Assembly (NCBI GenBank): GCA_036785375.1
Contig: JAWMAR010000008.1
Coordinates: 12,586,001 to 12,650,000 of the forward strand
Direction: 5' to 3'
Origin: Leucoraja ocellata
Taxonomy: Eukaryota
Length of the DNA stretch: 64,000 bases
Shown here: positions 1 through 12,600 of the stretch, in pieces
Numbering within the stretch: position 1 is the stretch's first letter
Layout: each line of letters opens with the position of its first letter
Notes under the pieces: generated by a model
The model's input: the letters and a program-made list of their open reading frames with translations, nothing else
What the model was told of the DNA's origin: nothing
Database searches by the model: none
Translations under genes and position numbers: made by a program

Positions 1-192
1 GTCATTTGAACCTCATTGAGGTTCAAACGAAATGTTGTTTCTGCAGATACACACAAGTAGAAGAACCAAGACACAACACAATTTACACAAACATCCATCA
101 CAGCGAATCTCCTCCTCACTGTGATGGAAGGCAATATCTTATCTCTCCCCTGCACTCCCCATTCTCCTCCCGATGTCAAAGTCAAAGCCGCA

Positions 193-605
193 AAAAGCTG
201 GAGTAAACCGGCGGGTCAGGCAGCATCTCTGGGGAAAAGGAATAGGTGATGTTTTGGGTCGAGGCCCTTCTTCAGACTGAGAGTCACGAGAAAGGGAAAC
301 GAGAAATATAGACGGTGATATCGAGAGATATAGAACAAATGAATTAAAGATTTGCAGAAAAGTAACGATGATCAAGGAAAGGTGGAGCCCACAATGGTCC
401 ATTGTTGGCTGCGGGCTCGGTGATTGCGAGTTATACAGACAATGAAATTGAACAGGACGACAGTGAAACTAGTACAACGACTAGGGTGGGGGAGGGATAG
501 AGAGAGAGGGGATGGAAGGGTCACATGAAGTTATGGAAATCATATTCATACTGCTGGGTTGTAAGCTGCCCAAACGAAATATGAGGTGCTGTTCCTCCAA
601 TTTGC
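193..605 (-). mobile_element. Penelope-like element 3' end (GIY-YIG C-terminus + UTR + degenerate hammerhead pLTR)
   Basis: Minus strand encodes KLEEQHLIFRLGSLQPSSMN(I)DF, typical of the PLE endonuclease C-terminus. It is followed by a CTGAAGAAGGG..CCC(A)AAACATC core at 248-275. Confidence 0.7.
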
Positions 606-1794
606 ATTTGTATGACGACTAAGGTGGGGTTTCCCTTTCAGGTGAGGCAGATTTTGCTCTGAACGCTGCCTGCCGGGGGTTGTACATGCCTCAACACAGC
701 GTGTATTTACATATCGATGGCCGGGAGCAACTCTGCCATCTTCCTTACTCACTAATAACAAAAAGATTGAGTTGAATGAGCCAAGTAACTGAGTTACTAA
801 TGTGTCATCTTGAGAAACAGCATTTTAACGTAACTCATAATGATTGATCTGTTTTATATTTCAAAGGATTCATTTTGCAGGTGTGTCCATGGTCAGGAGT
901 TGGAGGACAGGAACATTGCATTTCAAAGAAACATTTGTCTGTCAATAGTGAAATAACACTTTAAATGCTGAAAATTAACCCTAGAATTGTTATCGTGCAT
1001 GTTTTCTTTCTGAGGGAGGATTTCGTACAGATTTAAACATCTAATTTTGAACTCAGCCACCTGTGCCAAGCTGCTGAAATCACATCTTATTTCTTTCTAT
1101 GTGAAGCATTGATTTCAGCATGAAATAACTTGTTATACAGGCACAAGAGGCAGGCACTTTTTTTACAGACAAATCACACATTTGCACCAAGCTCTTTGAC
1201 CAGTTCATGTATTGTAGGTGGAATTGGTCGGGGGAAAGAACATTGGCCAGGACTTGCCTGCATTTTCATAATGGGGATGGAAAGTGAATCCAGAGAAGTC
1301 TTCCTATCTTTGAGAGGAGGTCCAGATAATTGCAAAGGAAGGTCGTGACTGTGGCTGTGGCTAGGGGTGCCTGTGCATGGTATTTCCCAGCACTCGGTAC
1401 TGAGACCACTGTCGCTAATGCCAAGAGGTCATATATATTGACAATTAAAACAATTAAACTCTTACCTGCTGCAGCTTAACAGGCCTGTGAACACAATATA
1501 CATAGATAATGTAAAGTAAACACAAAAAATAATAAATTAATAACCCCAATAATACTGATACAAAGTCCGTAGAGCAATTAAAGACAGTCCATAGTTCATA
1601 GTTGAGGTTAGTGTTGTGGAATGTTCATCAGCTGGCTGGTTGTTGGGAAGAAGTTATTTTTAAACCTGGTATTGAATGCATTAATAGCCTGCACCTGTAA
1701 ATACAGAGCATTATCCCACTCAGGTGAGAGAAAAATCTCAGATGTAGTAAAGAAAGAGTACAACACTCTTCAGAAAGAATGAAATGGCAGACAA

Positions 1795-2025
1795 GAAACT
1801 CAGTAGTGCAGCGGTAGAGCAGCCTTTCATCACCAGAGACCCAAGTTCGAGCCTGACTACAAATGCTGTCTGTGCGGAGTTTGCACGTTCTCCCTGTGAC
1901 CACATAGTTTTTTTCCGGGAGCTCTGATTTCCTCCCACATTCGCAAGACGTACAGGTTTGTAGGTTGTGGTTTCTATAAATTGTCCCTAGTGTGTGTGTG
2001 TGATAGAATGAGTGTACGGGTCGGC
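1795..2025 (+). mobile_element. V-SINE
   Basis: Same SINE head and V-domain. Confidence 0.6.
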
Positions 2026-3296
2026 TTGCAGTGTTCTGTGTCGTTGCCCATGGTGAGATAACTCCAACCGAAGATAGACACAAAATTCTGGAGTAACTCA
2101 GCGGGACAGACAGCATCTCTGGAGAGAAGGATTGGGTGACGTTTCGGGATGAGTCTGAAGGAGGGTCTCCTTCACACCACCGCACAACAAATGTTTACAC
2201 AGGTACTGTTTAAAGGGCAGTCATTCTTGCCGTAAACTTACAATAACACCAAAGGAGGCCCTTCAGCCAAAAAGAGCCATGCTGGCCCGAAGGGGGTGAA
2301 GCCCCATCAGTTTCATTCCCTTCTCTCTCAACTTCTCCCTGGCTCATTTTGCCATTCACTTTTTCCCAGTGGAAATGTCAATTACACGGAGGCCATAGCT
2401 TCAATGTGAGGGGGGGGGGGGGGGGGAGCTCAGAGCGGATCCATGAAACCAGATTCTTACACAAAAAGTGGAAACACACATGCAGGGGAAGAAAGTGGTG
2501 GAAGCTGATACTATAGCAAAGTTTAAGAGTTATTTAGACAGGTCCATGAACAGGCAGGGAACAGTTAGATCATGTGCAGGCAGATGGGATTGGTTTAGAT
2601 TGGCATCATAGTCGGTGAAGACACGGAGGATGTTCTGTGTTGATTTATTTTCTATGCAGAGAAGATTACAGTCAGGATTAAGGACCAGTGAGTCGTACAG
2701 TACATAAACTGGCCCTTCACCCCGACTCATCCATGCCAAGCATGAGGTCGGGCGATGTTAATCCCATTTACCTGCAATAGATCCTGTATCCTTCCATGGC
2801 TTTCCTATCAAAATATATGTCCAAATATCCTTTAAACCTTATAACGAACAGTCTGCTGGAGGAACGCAATGGGTCAAGCAGCATTTGTGGGGGAAGGAGG
2901 TGTTGACGTCTCAACGCCCTGATGCAGGGTTTAGACTCAATACGTTGGCAGTTTCTACAGTAGGCTGTAGGAATATTTACTAACTCCCATTTGGAAACAG
3001 CACTAAGACATAAGAATGCAAAGCTTCCTGAATACTGCATTGTATATTTTTAGGCCATTTGAAAATAGTTGAGTAGTTTCTGTGTTAATATTAGAGGAAT
3101 TGGAGGCTAATTCACTGAACACTCATTGTGAATGCCTGGGCAATGTTAGTGCCACTGCTAATCTTATGCAATGTCATTTTTGGTCTACATCTTTAAGAAA
3201 GATTAGTCATTAGCAAAATTTTGAGTCATAAAATCGCATAGTATGGAAATAGGCCCTTCGGCCCAACTGGTCCATGCCGACCAAGATAATCTAAGT

Positions 3297-3388
3297 TACA
3301 CAGAAAAGCTGGAGAAACTCAGCGGGTGCAGCAGCATCTATGGAGCGAAGGAAATAGGCAACGTTTCGGGCCGAAACCCTTCTTCAGA
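3297..3388 (-). mobile_element. Short PLE-derived insertion with intact hammerhead-like core
   Basis: Flanking direct repeat AGATAATCTAAGT (3284-3296, 3386-3398); minus core CTGAAGA-AGGGTTTCGGCCC-GAAACGTT at 3360-3387. Confidence 0.75.
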
Positions 3389-3795
3389 TAATCTAAGTGT
3401 CTAAGTGTCTAAATGTCCAAGTGTCTTTTTAATTGCTGGCTGGAACGTTAATCTGACACCAGTGACATGTAGTAGTAACAACACCCTCTGTGTAGAATGC
3501 CAGTTTACCGCGTCCAGTTACTGATCCTACATATGTTAGACGATGCTTAAATGATGTCAGTAGCTGGCTGCCCGTTGAATCTGTTCCCTGATTCACTCTG
3601 CCCTTTGAATTCACTTGGCTGCATTTGTAAGGCAGCTGGCTACATTAAACGGCAGCTGGGCTTTTTTCCAACTAAATGACGTGATGGCAGAGTTGATACG
3701 CAGAGGGGAGTGATTGAGGATCAATTGGTACAGCATTCTCTCCCAGCGACCAGCCACAGATTCGCATTGGCTGCACCTGCCATGATTGTATAACC

Positions 3796-3894
3796 AGTCT
3801 GAAGAAAGGTCTTGACCCGAAACGTCATCCATTCCTTCTCTCCAGAGATGCTGCCTTTCATGCTGAGTTACTCCAGCTTTTTGTGTCTATCTTG
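3796..3894 (+). mobile_element. PLE-derived short insertion with hammerhead-like core
   Basis: CTGAAGA...GAAACGTC at 3799-3826; flanking TGTATAACC direct repeat (3787-3795, 3895-3903). Confidence 0.65.
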
Positions 3895-5199
3895 TGTATA
3901 ACCGTTTTTATTAGTTTACTGTGAATGTTCGAACAGCGTCACCACCTCTACAGGCTGCACGTGTAAAAGAGCAGCCACAACAGATTCACACCCATTTTTA
4001 ATCAACATGACAACATAAAACGGATGCGCCGGCACATGGCGCAGGGCAGAATAGCCAGGGAATTATGTTAAACCCGTAGAAAACATGGATTCAGCCCACA
4101 CCTGGAAAAATGCCAAGTCCTCAGAGCAGTTGGAGTAAATACATCAGAACGCCTCTGAGAGTGCAAGATTGCAGTTCTGGAGTGGCAACCCAGAATGGGA
4201 CTGTTACCCACCGAGCAGCGAGGCTTAGAGAAATCTATCAGGATAAAAAGCAAAGCAGGCCGTGTTCAGCTTGACAACGACAGCACTCAAAAAGGAACAG
4301 CTGGTGCCTCATCCGGACCTCGGGCGCTGTCTGTGTGGAGCTTGCACGTTCTCGCTGTGACCGTGTGGCACCATGCGCCCCACTTTCCTCCCACATCCCA
4401 AAGAAGTGCGGGTTCGTAGATTAATTGACCTCTGTAAATCACTCCCTAATGTGTAGGGAATAGTTGTAAAAGTGGCATGACGTAAAACTAGTTCTATATA
4501 GTTCTTGTAGAACTAGCGGTCGGTGTGAGCTCGGTGTTCAGAAAGGCCTGTTTCCACACTGTGTACCTTGCAATCAATTAAAAATAAAACGTTTTGAAAT
4601 TAGAGTTATTAGTGACATTTTTGTGCCAGGGTTGGGGGAAGAGGATTGAGGTCAGACTGTAAATCAAGCTTTTTATGCAGCGTGGATAGGAGTAGGGCTG
4701 CATTTCTGAATGGAGTCAAGGAAGCCTTTATTGCAGAAATAGTGGGGGAAAGGGGAAATTGCACGATTAAATTGCAGGATTGCAGACTGGAAATGTTGCA
4801 TTAACTAGATTGTTCTTCAGAAAATCTGGCACAGATATAATGGGTAGAATAGCTTCCTGCCTGCACTGGAACAAGATCTTGTGTTCTGAAATGAGCAATG
4901 TGAAGCTATAATTTGAAGAGATCTAACTTCTCTGCAGTTGTTTCTGCCTGTGACGAGGGAAACGTTGGGAGATTGCTGTGTTAGTTCCCTTGATGGGAAA
5001 GCCAAAAGAACTGACATCAAGCAAATAGCATATCATGGTGAAATTAATTAACGCCTAAGGCTTGCATTACAAGTTGGTCTCAAGTCAAAAGCTCAGAAAG
5101 ACAACACCTTGCGCCTGACAGCAAGTTCCATCACCGTCGGCCTGAAATGAGCTTGCTGTTTGGTTAGGTTGGCTGCGAACGGTTTATCAAGTGTTTGTC

Positions 5200-5311
5200 A
5201 GTTTGCATAATATCGGATGACGGCAGACAGCAGTGCGGAAGCCACTGCCCTGTCTCGCCTGGCGCAGCCCCAGAGGACGATCAAGTGTTGGCAGTCGGGC
5301 AACACTGATGG
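5200..5311 (+). promoter_or_regulatory. Candidate FOXN1 promoter / first exon (copy 1; copy 2 ends at 16661)
   Basis: Non-repetitive CpG-containing stretch with TTTGCATAAT, ending in ATG G|GTGAGA. The ATG splices in frame to the exon starting at 6600. Confidence 0.4.
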
Positions 5312-5341
5312 GTGAGAGAAACAGTGTAGACTCTTGCCCAG

Positions 5342-5952
5342 AGTAAGGGAATCGAGAACCAGAGGACACAGGTTTGAGGTGAAGGGGGAGAGATTTAATA
5401 GGAGTCTGAGGGGTAACCTTTTCACAATGGGTGGTGGGTGTATGGAACGAGCTGTTGGAGGAGGTAATTGAGGCAGGGACTATTGCAGAGATAATTAGAC
5501 ATGTATATGGATAGAAACATAGAAAATAGGTGCAGGAGTAGACCACTCGGCCCTTCGAGCCTGCACCGCCATTCAATATGATCATGGCTGATCATCCAAC
5601 TCAGTATCCTGTACCTGCCTTCTCTCCATACCCCCCTGATCCCTTTAGCCACAAGGGCCACATCTAACTCCCTCTTAAATATAGCCAATGAACTGGCCTC
5701 AACTACCTTCAGTGGCAGAGAATTCCAGAGATTCACCACTCTCTGTGTGAAAAATGTTTTTCTCATCTCAGTCATAAAAGATACCCCCCTTATCCTTAAA
5801 CTGTGACCCCTTGTTAGAAACATAGAAACATAGGACAGGTTTGGAGAGATATGGGCCAAAGGCAGGCAGGTGGGACTAGTGTATATGGGACATATTGGTC
5901 GGTGTGGGCAAGTTGGGCCGAAGGGCCTGTTTCCACGCTGTGAGACTCTATG
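5342..5952. mobile_element. Nested CR1 LINE 3' fragments (plus-strand copy interrupted by a minus-strand copy 5511-5813)
   Basis: TRGHSLRIRG...FFTQRVVNLWNSLP CR1 ORF2 C-terminus; (CATAGAAA)n tails. Confidence 0.8.
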
Positions 5953-6178
5953 ACTCGATGACTTTGTAAAGCACGGCTCGCCCTCCCACCCACCGTGGCA
6001 ATCCTCCCCCCCCCCCCCCCCCCCCCCCTCCCCCTCCCCTCGGGCTGGCCACTGTCCTCTCCCGCCCTATCCAAGAGGCCAAGCTTTACAATGAGCAGTG
6101 GGATGTTTGAATTCAGGGAGAATATTGATCCAGGTGCCCACCAACACACAGTGTGTGGAATTCAGCATAGGACAGGAG

Positions 6179-6443
6179 TTTTAGTTTAGTTTACAGATAC
6201 AGAGTGGAAACAGGCCCTTTGGCCCACCGAGTCCGAGCCGACCAGCACTACACTAGTCCTATCCTATGTACTAGGAACAATTTACAGAAGCCAATTAACC
6301 TACAAACCTGCACGTCTTTGGATTGTGGAACCGGCCACCCGGAGAAAACCCACACGGTCACGGGGAGAACGTACAAACTCTCTACAGACAAGCACCCGTG
6401 GTCCTGATCGAACCCGGGTCTCTGGCGCTGTAAGGTAGCAACT
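6179..6443 (-). mobile_element. HE1-like V-SINE (duplicate ~17391-17655)
   Basis: Same head, V-domain and tail motifs. Confidence 0.7.
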
Positions 6444-6625
6444 CTTGTTCACAGGATACACGTGAGGGAGCTCACCCCATGGGCTGGGGGCCAGTGGTAA
6501 CTCCAGGGGTCTGGTGCCCAGCAGGAATGTGTGTCGAGCACGGGGAGAAAGTTTGGTCCATGGTACTTTTGGCCATGATGGATTGCTTGTTTTCCACAGG
6601 TTTCCTGGCGAGCGGGGTGCCCCAG

Positions 6626-6748
6626 ATGTCAGCACACAGAGCAACGTGCCCCGCTCCAGCAGACGCGAGTTACCTGTCCGCACTGCTGGACGGCAAACCG
6701 ACCGTGTGCCGGCGGCAGGGTGACCCGCAGCGGCAGCTTCTACACACC
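6626..6748 (+). CDS. FOXN1: FOXN1 first major coding exon, duplicate copy 1
   Basis: Same peptide and splice sites as 17838-17960 (offset 11212). Confidence 0.7.
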
Positions 6749-7168
6749 GTGAGTATTTCTAATCTGCACACAACTGCATTCCCAGTCGCGCCCAGCACTG
6801 CAGGAGCAGCCCTGCATCCTGCACCCTCGCACCCCCTCTCCCAAATGACCATCTCCATCCGCCGACATCCCCAACCAGCAACTCGTTTCTCTCCCCGTCA
6901 CCTGGGCTCCTGCATTGAGGCTTTCAGGAGCAACGCAACGCGAGCACCAAATGCTCAGACATTTAGCCAGGGCTGTAGTACATCTGGTGCAGTCCATCCG
7001 ATGTTCGGGACTCTACGATGCTTGCAGTTGATAACAGTTATTCAAACTAATCATTCACGTGAGCAGAAGCAGTCCAAGGGGGCAGAGTCTTGCCCGAGTC
7101 AGAATGTTGTGGAGGTAACATTCACCAGGGGGACCTGAACATGTGTTGAAACCACGAAGCCAGTGTGA

Positions 7169-7708
7169 GGGGCACACCTGAGAGGGCATGCACTCTCCCA
7201 GGGCACACCTGAGGATGTACACTAATGAAGGGCACACCTGAGTGAGTGCACACTGTCACAGGGCACACCTGAAGATGCACACTAACGCAGGGCACACTTG
7301 AGGATGCACACTATTGCAGGGCACGCCTGAGGAAGCGTGCACTATCGCAGGGAATGCCCGAGGGACTGCACTAATAAAGGGCTCACCTGTAGGAGTTCAC
7401 ATAGAAACATAGAAAATAGGTGCAGGAGTAGGCCATTCGGCCCTTCGAGCCTGCACCGCCATTCAATATGATCATGGCTGATCATCCAACCCAGTATCCT
7501 GTACCTGCCTTCTCTCCATACCCCTTATCCCTTTAGCCACAAGGGTCACATCTAACTCCCTCCTAAAACATTGTCACACGGCACACCTGAGGGTGTGCTC
7601 GCTATTGCAAGGCACACCTCAAAATGCACACTAACGCAGGGCACAATTGAGAATGCACACTAACGCAGGGCACACTTGAGGATGCACACTACCCCTGGGT
7701 ACACCTAT
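7169..7708 (+). repeat. ~30-bp minisatellite (GGGCACACCTGAGGATGCACACTAACGCA) split by a CR1 3' insertion at ~7399-7563; duplicate ~18381-18890
   Basis: Repeating GGGCACAC(C/T)TGAG units at ~30-nt period. Confidence 0.85.
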
Positions 7709-8146
7709 ACAGTGATTTTACGTAAGAGTAATTGCTCCTCTCACAGTGTGGTGACCTGTACATATCACAATGATGTGACGGCTCACTACTTGGTTCTAAT
7801 CAATTGGATTAAGAATGTAATATGCAGAGGCTTCTCTGTCAACAGCCTCACAATGAGCTGATGATAGAATGCATCCTTTGCAACACAGGGGCACAATGTA
7901 CAGTACAAATTACACCTGCCGCTGCATTTAAAGTGCTGCAGGAATAGTTCAGCAAGTTCAAATACTTGGGGAAGCAAATCAGATAATCCAGTAAAAGAGA
8001 AAGAATCAAACACAGGTTCAGTGAAGGTAATTGCCCTCGGTGCCAGGGAGCCAGTGCAAGGCCACTGCTGGTCAACACACACACCTTTAGCCAATGATGC
8101 TGTAAATCATATTATATTAAATCCTACAGATAGACACTGATAGATT

Positions 8147-8280
8147 GAGTCTGAAAAAGGGTTCCAACCCAAAACCTCACCCATCCTTTTTCTCCAGAGA
8201 TGCTGCCTGACCCGCTGGGTTATTCCAGCACTTTGAGTCTATCTTCGGTGTAAACCAGCATCTGCAGTTCCTTTCTACAC
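8147..8280 (+). mobile_element. Degenerate PLE pLTR copy (duplicate near 19336-19470)
   Basis: GAGTCTGAAAAAGGG..CCCAAAACCTCACCC plus the shared CCAGAGATGCTGCCTGACCCGCTG tail. Confidence 0.6.
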
Positions 8281-8811
8281 ACTTAATGTCAATCCTTCTG
8301 CTTTAAAAGTTGGAGTGCAGAGGGAAGCGATGAGAATTCAAGTTGCAGACACAACTGCAGGAGACGTTGGCTGGAAAGTGAATTGTAAACGTCTAGGGTG
8401 ACCTGTGACACCTAATCTCCAGGGATAGATTTCCGCAAGTGGTTCCAGGCCATCAAAGGATAAGGTTGCTCGACTTGGAATGCAGTATTCCCAAGGGGCA
8501 GATGAGTGACAATCAATTTACTTCCTCAATTACAGCCTGGATAAGATGACACATCATTGGGAGGTCTCTGTTACCCTCTCTCTCTCTCATTGTTTACTAA
8601 TGTCTTGTAAACCTCTTCTGCACCTTATCCGGCCGCTTCATCCTTCTATGGTGTACTGACCAGAACTCTACACAATACTCCAAACGTGGCGTGTTCACAA
8701 TGTGTATAAAGCTTCACCATGACTTCCTGACTCTTGTACTCTGTGCCCCGACCGATGAAGGGAAGCTCTCCGTACGCCTTGTTTTCCACTCTATCTGTGC
8801 TTCTATTCCAG

Positions 8812-8949
8812 GGCCAGAACTGCAAGGATGAGAGTGAAGCGCTGGTGGGCTGTGGGTTTGAGCAGACTGCCCTGAGCTGCCCCGAGCTGCTGCACTACCG
8901 CTCTCCAGCAATGCACGATTACTGCCCCGCTCCTGCTCTGCTGCAGCAG
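8812..8949 (+). CDS. FOXN1: FOXN1 138-nt exon, duplicate copy 1
   Basis: Near-identical to 20024-20161 (DESEA vs DENEA). Confidence 0.7.
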
Positions 8950-9344
8950 GTATGCCCACTGCAGGGGACCAGCACCAATGCAGCCATCTCGGCCCATCGC
9001 ACGAGCACCAAATGATCAGATAAAAGCTGCAGCCTTGCCTGTGGCTGGGAATGGCAGTGCTCAATTGTTAAACATTAGAGCAGACACAACATTTTCTAGT
9101 CAAATATCAGGTGCAATACTGGGAAAAAGTGTACAATTACTGCAGGCAAAATATGCCCAACACCAGAGGGATCATGTAACTATCTGTACACTGTAATTGG
9201 CTCAATTGTAATCATGTATAATCATTTTGCTGACTAGTTAGCAAGCATCAAAGGCTTTTCACTGTACCTCGGTACACGTGACAATAAACTAAACTGAATG
9301 AATTAAGGTGTTAATCAGTTCTCCCTTCTGAAACAGGTGCAGAA

Positions 9345-9628
9345 TTTAGTTTAGTTTTGAGATACAGCGTGGAAACAGGCACTTCAGGCCACCTAATCTG
9401 CACCGATCTCCACACACTAACACTATCCTACACACTAGGGCCAATTTACAATTTTTACCCAAGCCAATTAATCTACCAACCTGTACGTCTTTGGAGTGTG
9501 AGAGGAAGCCACTTAGGTCACGGGGAGAACATACAAACTCCATACAGACGGCACCCGTAGTCAGGATCGAACCCGGGTCTCTGGCGCTGTAAGGCAGCAT
9601 CTCTATCGCTGCGCCACCGTGCCGACCC
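9345..9628 (-). mobile_element. HE1-like V-SINE (duplicate ~20556-20858)
   Basis: Reverse complement of the same SINE family with a (CTAAA)n tail. Confidence 0.75.
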
Positions 9629-10653
9629 TACTGCTTGGACATATATTGAGGGGCTGACATCTGGCTAAAGACCCCTGCCTGAGATCCGTCAGCAACCAGG
9701 CAAGCTCCAACTAGTTCTTCGAGCTCTATCGCAACCCAACGCCTCCGGTCCTAACAGCAATGGCCGGAGACTGTCTAGTGACAAAGTAACATTTGCCACT
9801 TGCCTTAATGTGAAGCACCTGCCTCTGCCTCCCACTCCCCAGTACCCAGGCTGAGAGCCCTGGTGTCTTGTTCTGAGTCTAACAGGTGAGGTGAATCCCA
9901 ACCAGTATATACCCAGAGCTTACATGGATGAGATGAGGTGACCCAATTTTAGATGCCATCCCAGTCTGCTGATCAATAGGTGGCCATCTGGGTTCCAATG
10001 CTTCCCCCATGGGTGTAGGACTGGAGGCCCAGTGTGTTGTGCACAGAGCTACAGGTGTGAATTACATGATGGATGTCATTAAGCTGAAAAGAATGCAGAG
10101 GGCGCTGCCAAGACTGGAGGGCGTGAGCTATAGGGAAAGGTTTTGCACACAATGACTTTATTCCTTGGAGCACGGGAGGCCGAGGTGCAACCTTATATAA
10201 TCATGAGGACATTGGCAGGGTGAATGCAGAGGAAAATCAGGAACTAGATGGCATGGGTTTAAACTGTGAGGGGAGAGATTTAATAATAAGCTGAAGGGCA
10301 ACATTTTCACACAGAAGGTGGTGGGTATATGGAATGAGCTGCCAGAGGAGGTAGTAAGGCATTTGGACCACTACATAGATAGGAAAGGTCTAGAGGGCTA
10401 TGGGCCAAACACAGGAAAATGTGACTGGCTTAGATGGGGCACCTTGGTCTTCATGGCTGAGTTGAGCTCAAGGCTCTGTTTCCGTGCTGTATGACTCTAT
10501 ATCTCCTTGAGAGTGTGTTCCACTGACAAATAGAAACACAGAAACATAGAAACATAGAAAATAGGTGCAGGAGTAGGCCATTCGGCCCTTCAAGCAGAAT
10601 GGAATACTATCATGCTGGCATGAACCTGCCACTGAACTAGGAATCAGCAGAAC

Positions 10654-10980
10654 ACAGTGATGGAGCTGCTTGAGCTGCTGCCTCACAGCACCAAGAATCC
10701 GGGATCGATCCTGACCTTAGGTCCTGTTTGTGTGGAGTTTGCACATTCTTACTGTGACTGCATGAGTTTCCTTTGGGTGCTCCGGTTACCTCCCACATCC
10801 CAAAGACCTGTGGGTTTTGTATGTTCATTGGCCTCAGTAAAATTGCCCTTGGTGTGTAGGGATTAGATGCAAAAGTGGAAGCGTGTAGAAAAAGTGTGAA
10901 CATGATTGATTGTCAGCATGACTCGGTGGGTTCAAAGGCCTGTTTCCTTGCTGTATCATTCAATGCAATTCAATTCAATC
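10654..10980 (+). mobile_element. V-SINE (duplicate ~21855-22180)
   Basis: GCTGCTGCCTCACAGC...TGTGTGGAGTTTGCAC...CTCCCACATCCCAAAG. Confidence 0.7.
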
Positions 10981-11584
10981 CAATACTGTGTTTTCTCTCA
11001 GATACATGTTTAGACTCTGGGTTTATAGGAGCAGAAATAAGTTGCTTTTATGTATTGCCTTCCTGAGGAGAGTTATCAAACAAGATTTGACCAACCCATG
11101 TAAAAAGTATCAGGATATATGGCCGACCAAACCAACGTGCAAATGTTTACAGAGGATCATAAATGAACACGATGGAATCTGGATATACCAGAGTCAAGGA
11201 CAGAGGACAGGTCTTGGGGGATATGGGGCCAGATCAGTTTACAGACATAGGAAGAGGTCACGGAGGGAATTGAAAACAAGAATGAGAACTGTACAAGTAT
11301 TGGTTTTACAGGTTTGGGAGCTGGAGAAGATCAGGAAACTGGGGAATACAAGATATACGGGAGCTGGATAGCTCAGACACAAGCAGCGGAGGTGGATGTG
11401 GTTGGGGAAGATGTAAAAGCTGGGTTATTGAGTGTGAGCTTTGCAAGATGAGAACAACTTTACATTTCAAATTAGCTTTACATGTGAGGATGTTGAAATG
11501 AGAGACACTGTGGTCTATGCAGATCCAAGTTAGTCTTTGATTTCAGTCCAGACTTTAACTGTTGAACTTGTCTTTGTTTATCAG

Positions 11585-11712
11585 TACCCTGCTATGACGG
11601 GTTACTCTGGGGGTATCCCACCGACTGTCCCGTACTCTTACCAAAGGATTGCACCTCACGTTAACCAGGATATGCATCACCTGCTCTACCCCAAGCCCAT
11701 CTACTCATACAG
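11585..11712 (+). CDS. FOXN1: FOXN1 128-nt exon (PKPIYSY), duplicate copy 1
   Basis: Same peptide and splice sites as 22794-22921. Confidence 0.85.
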
Positions 11713-12504
11713 GTAAAGTCAGCCCCAGTGATCGGCCTACCCTTGTAACTGTCACCCTGTTCAAACTGGTACTGATGCTAATCTGAGGCAAGAAGCTGAC
11801 CGTCACGAGTCTGCGTAGGAAAAGTGGGCCGAGCGGCCTGCCTCCCTGGTGGATATTCAGTAGAACTTGTGCCTGTGTAAGGAATGAAAAGGAGGCGGCA
11901 TTGAAGCAGGGCTCAAAAATACAGGACTGAGGTCTGCGTGTAACTTTTAAGAAAACTCTTTGAAATCCATAATTTTGAACAAATCTTTGTTCATGTATTA
12001 ATATCGGAGGTTTTGTAACTGGGCGGGGTTGATGCTGTACAGGGATTTGAACAGATTAATCATCACTTAAAATCTAAATATTGCTGTATCAGGAGCCAGC
12101 AAAGGTCAACAACAAGGGGTGTTGGGGGAGTGGGCTAGTGGTGGGGGAGTGGGCTCGTGGTGGGGGAGTGGGCTAGTGGTGGGGAGTGGACTGATCCTGG
12201 GGGAAGTGGTGTTGTGGAGTGGGTTGGTTTTGGGTAGTGGGATAGCGATGTGGAGCTGGTTGGTGTTGGGGGAATGGGTAAGTGTTGGTGGGGTGGGCTG
12301 AGGGGGGGGGGGGTGATCTGGTCCTGGGGCAACTGGCAATGGGGGAGGGGGGGATGGTGTAGGGGTGGGTTTCTAAAATACCTTCAAGTTAGTCTCTGGG
12401 TCAAATCAGACGGAGATTGTGTGAGGGACCAAGGAGCTGGGAAGGGATTTGTTTTGTGTCAATAACAAGCACATTACCCTCAGTGTGTCCCTGCTTCCTC
12501 TCAG

Positions 12505-12600
12505 CATTCTGATCTTCATGGCTCTGAAGAACAGTAAAACAGGAGCTTGCCTGTCAGCGACATCTACAACTTCATGACGGAGCATTTCCCTTACTTTAAG
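12505..12600 (+). pseudogene. FOXN1: FOXN1 forkhead exon copy 1, 96 nt, frameshifted
   Basis: ACAGGAGC here vs ACAGGGAGC in copy 2. The frame reads ...[13 protein letters not shown] with TGA at 12575-12577. Confidence 0.8.

Noticed and set aside
870-1480. Possible exons of an upstream gene (isolated splice-like motifs)
   Set aside because: No coherent reading frame or recognisable protein.
6479-7138. 219-aa ORF (and its copy 17691-18350) as a standalone gene
   Set aside because: It is the FOXN1 exon plus read-through into flanking intron; strong splice sites bound only 6600-6748.
7169-7708. 30-bp repeat array as a CRISPR-like locus
   Set aside because: Units are contiguous degenerate minisatellite copies without unique spacers; eukaryotic context, no cas genes.
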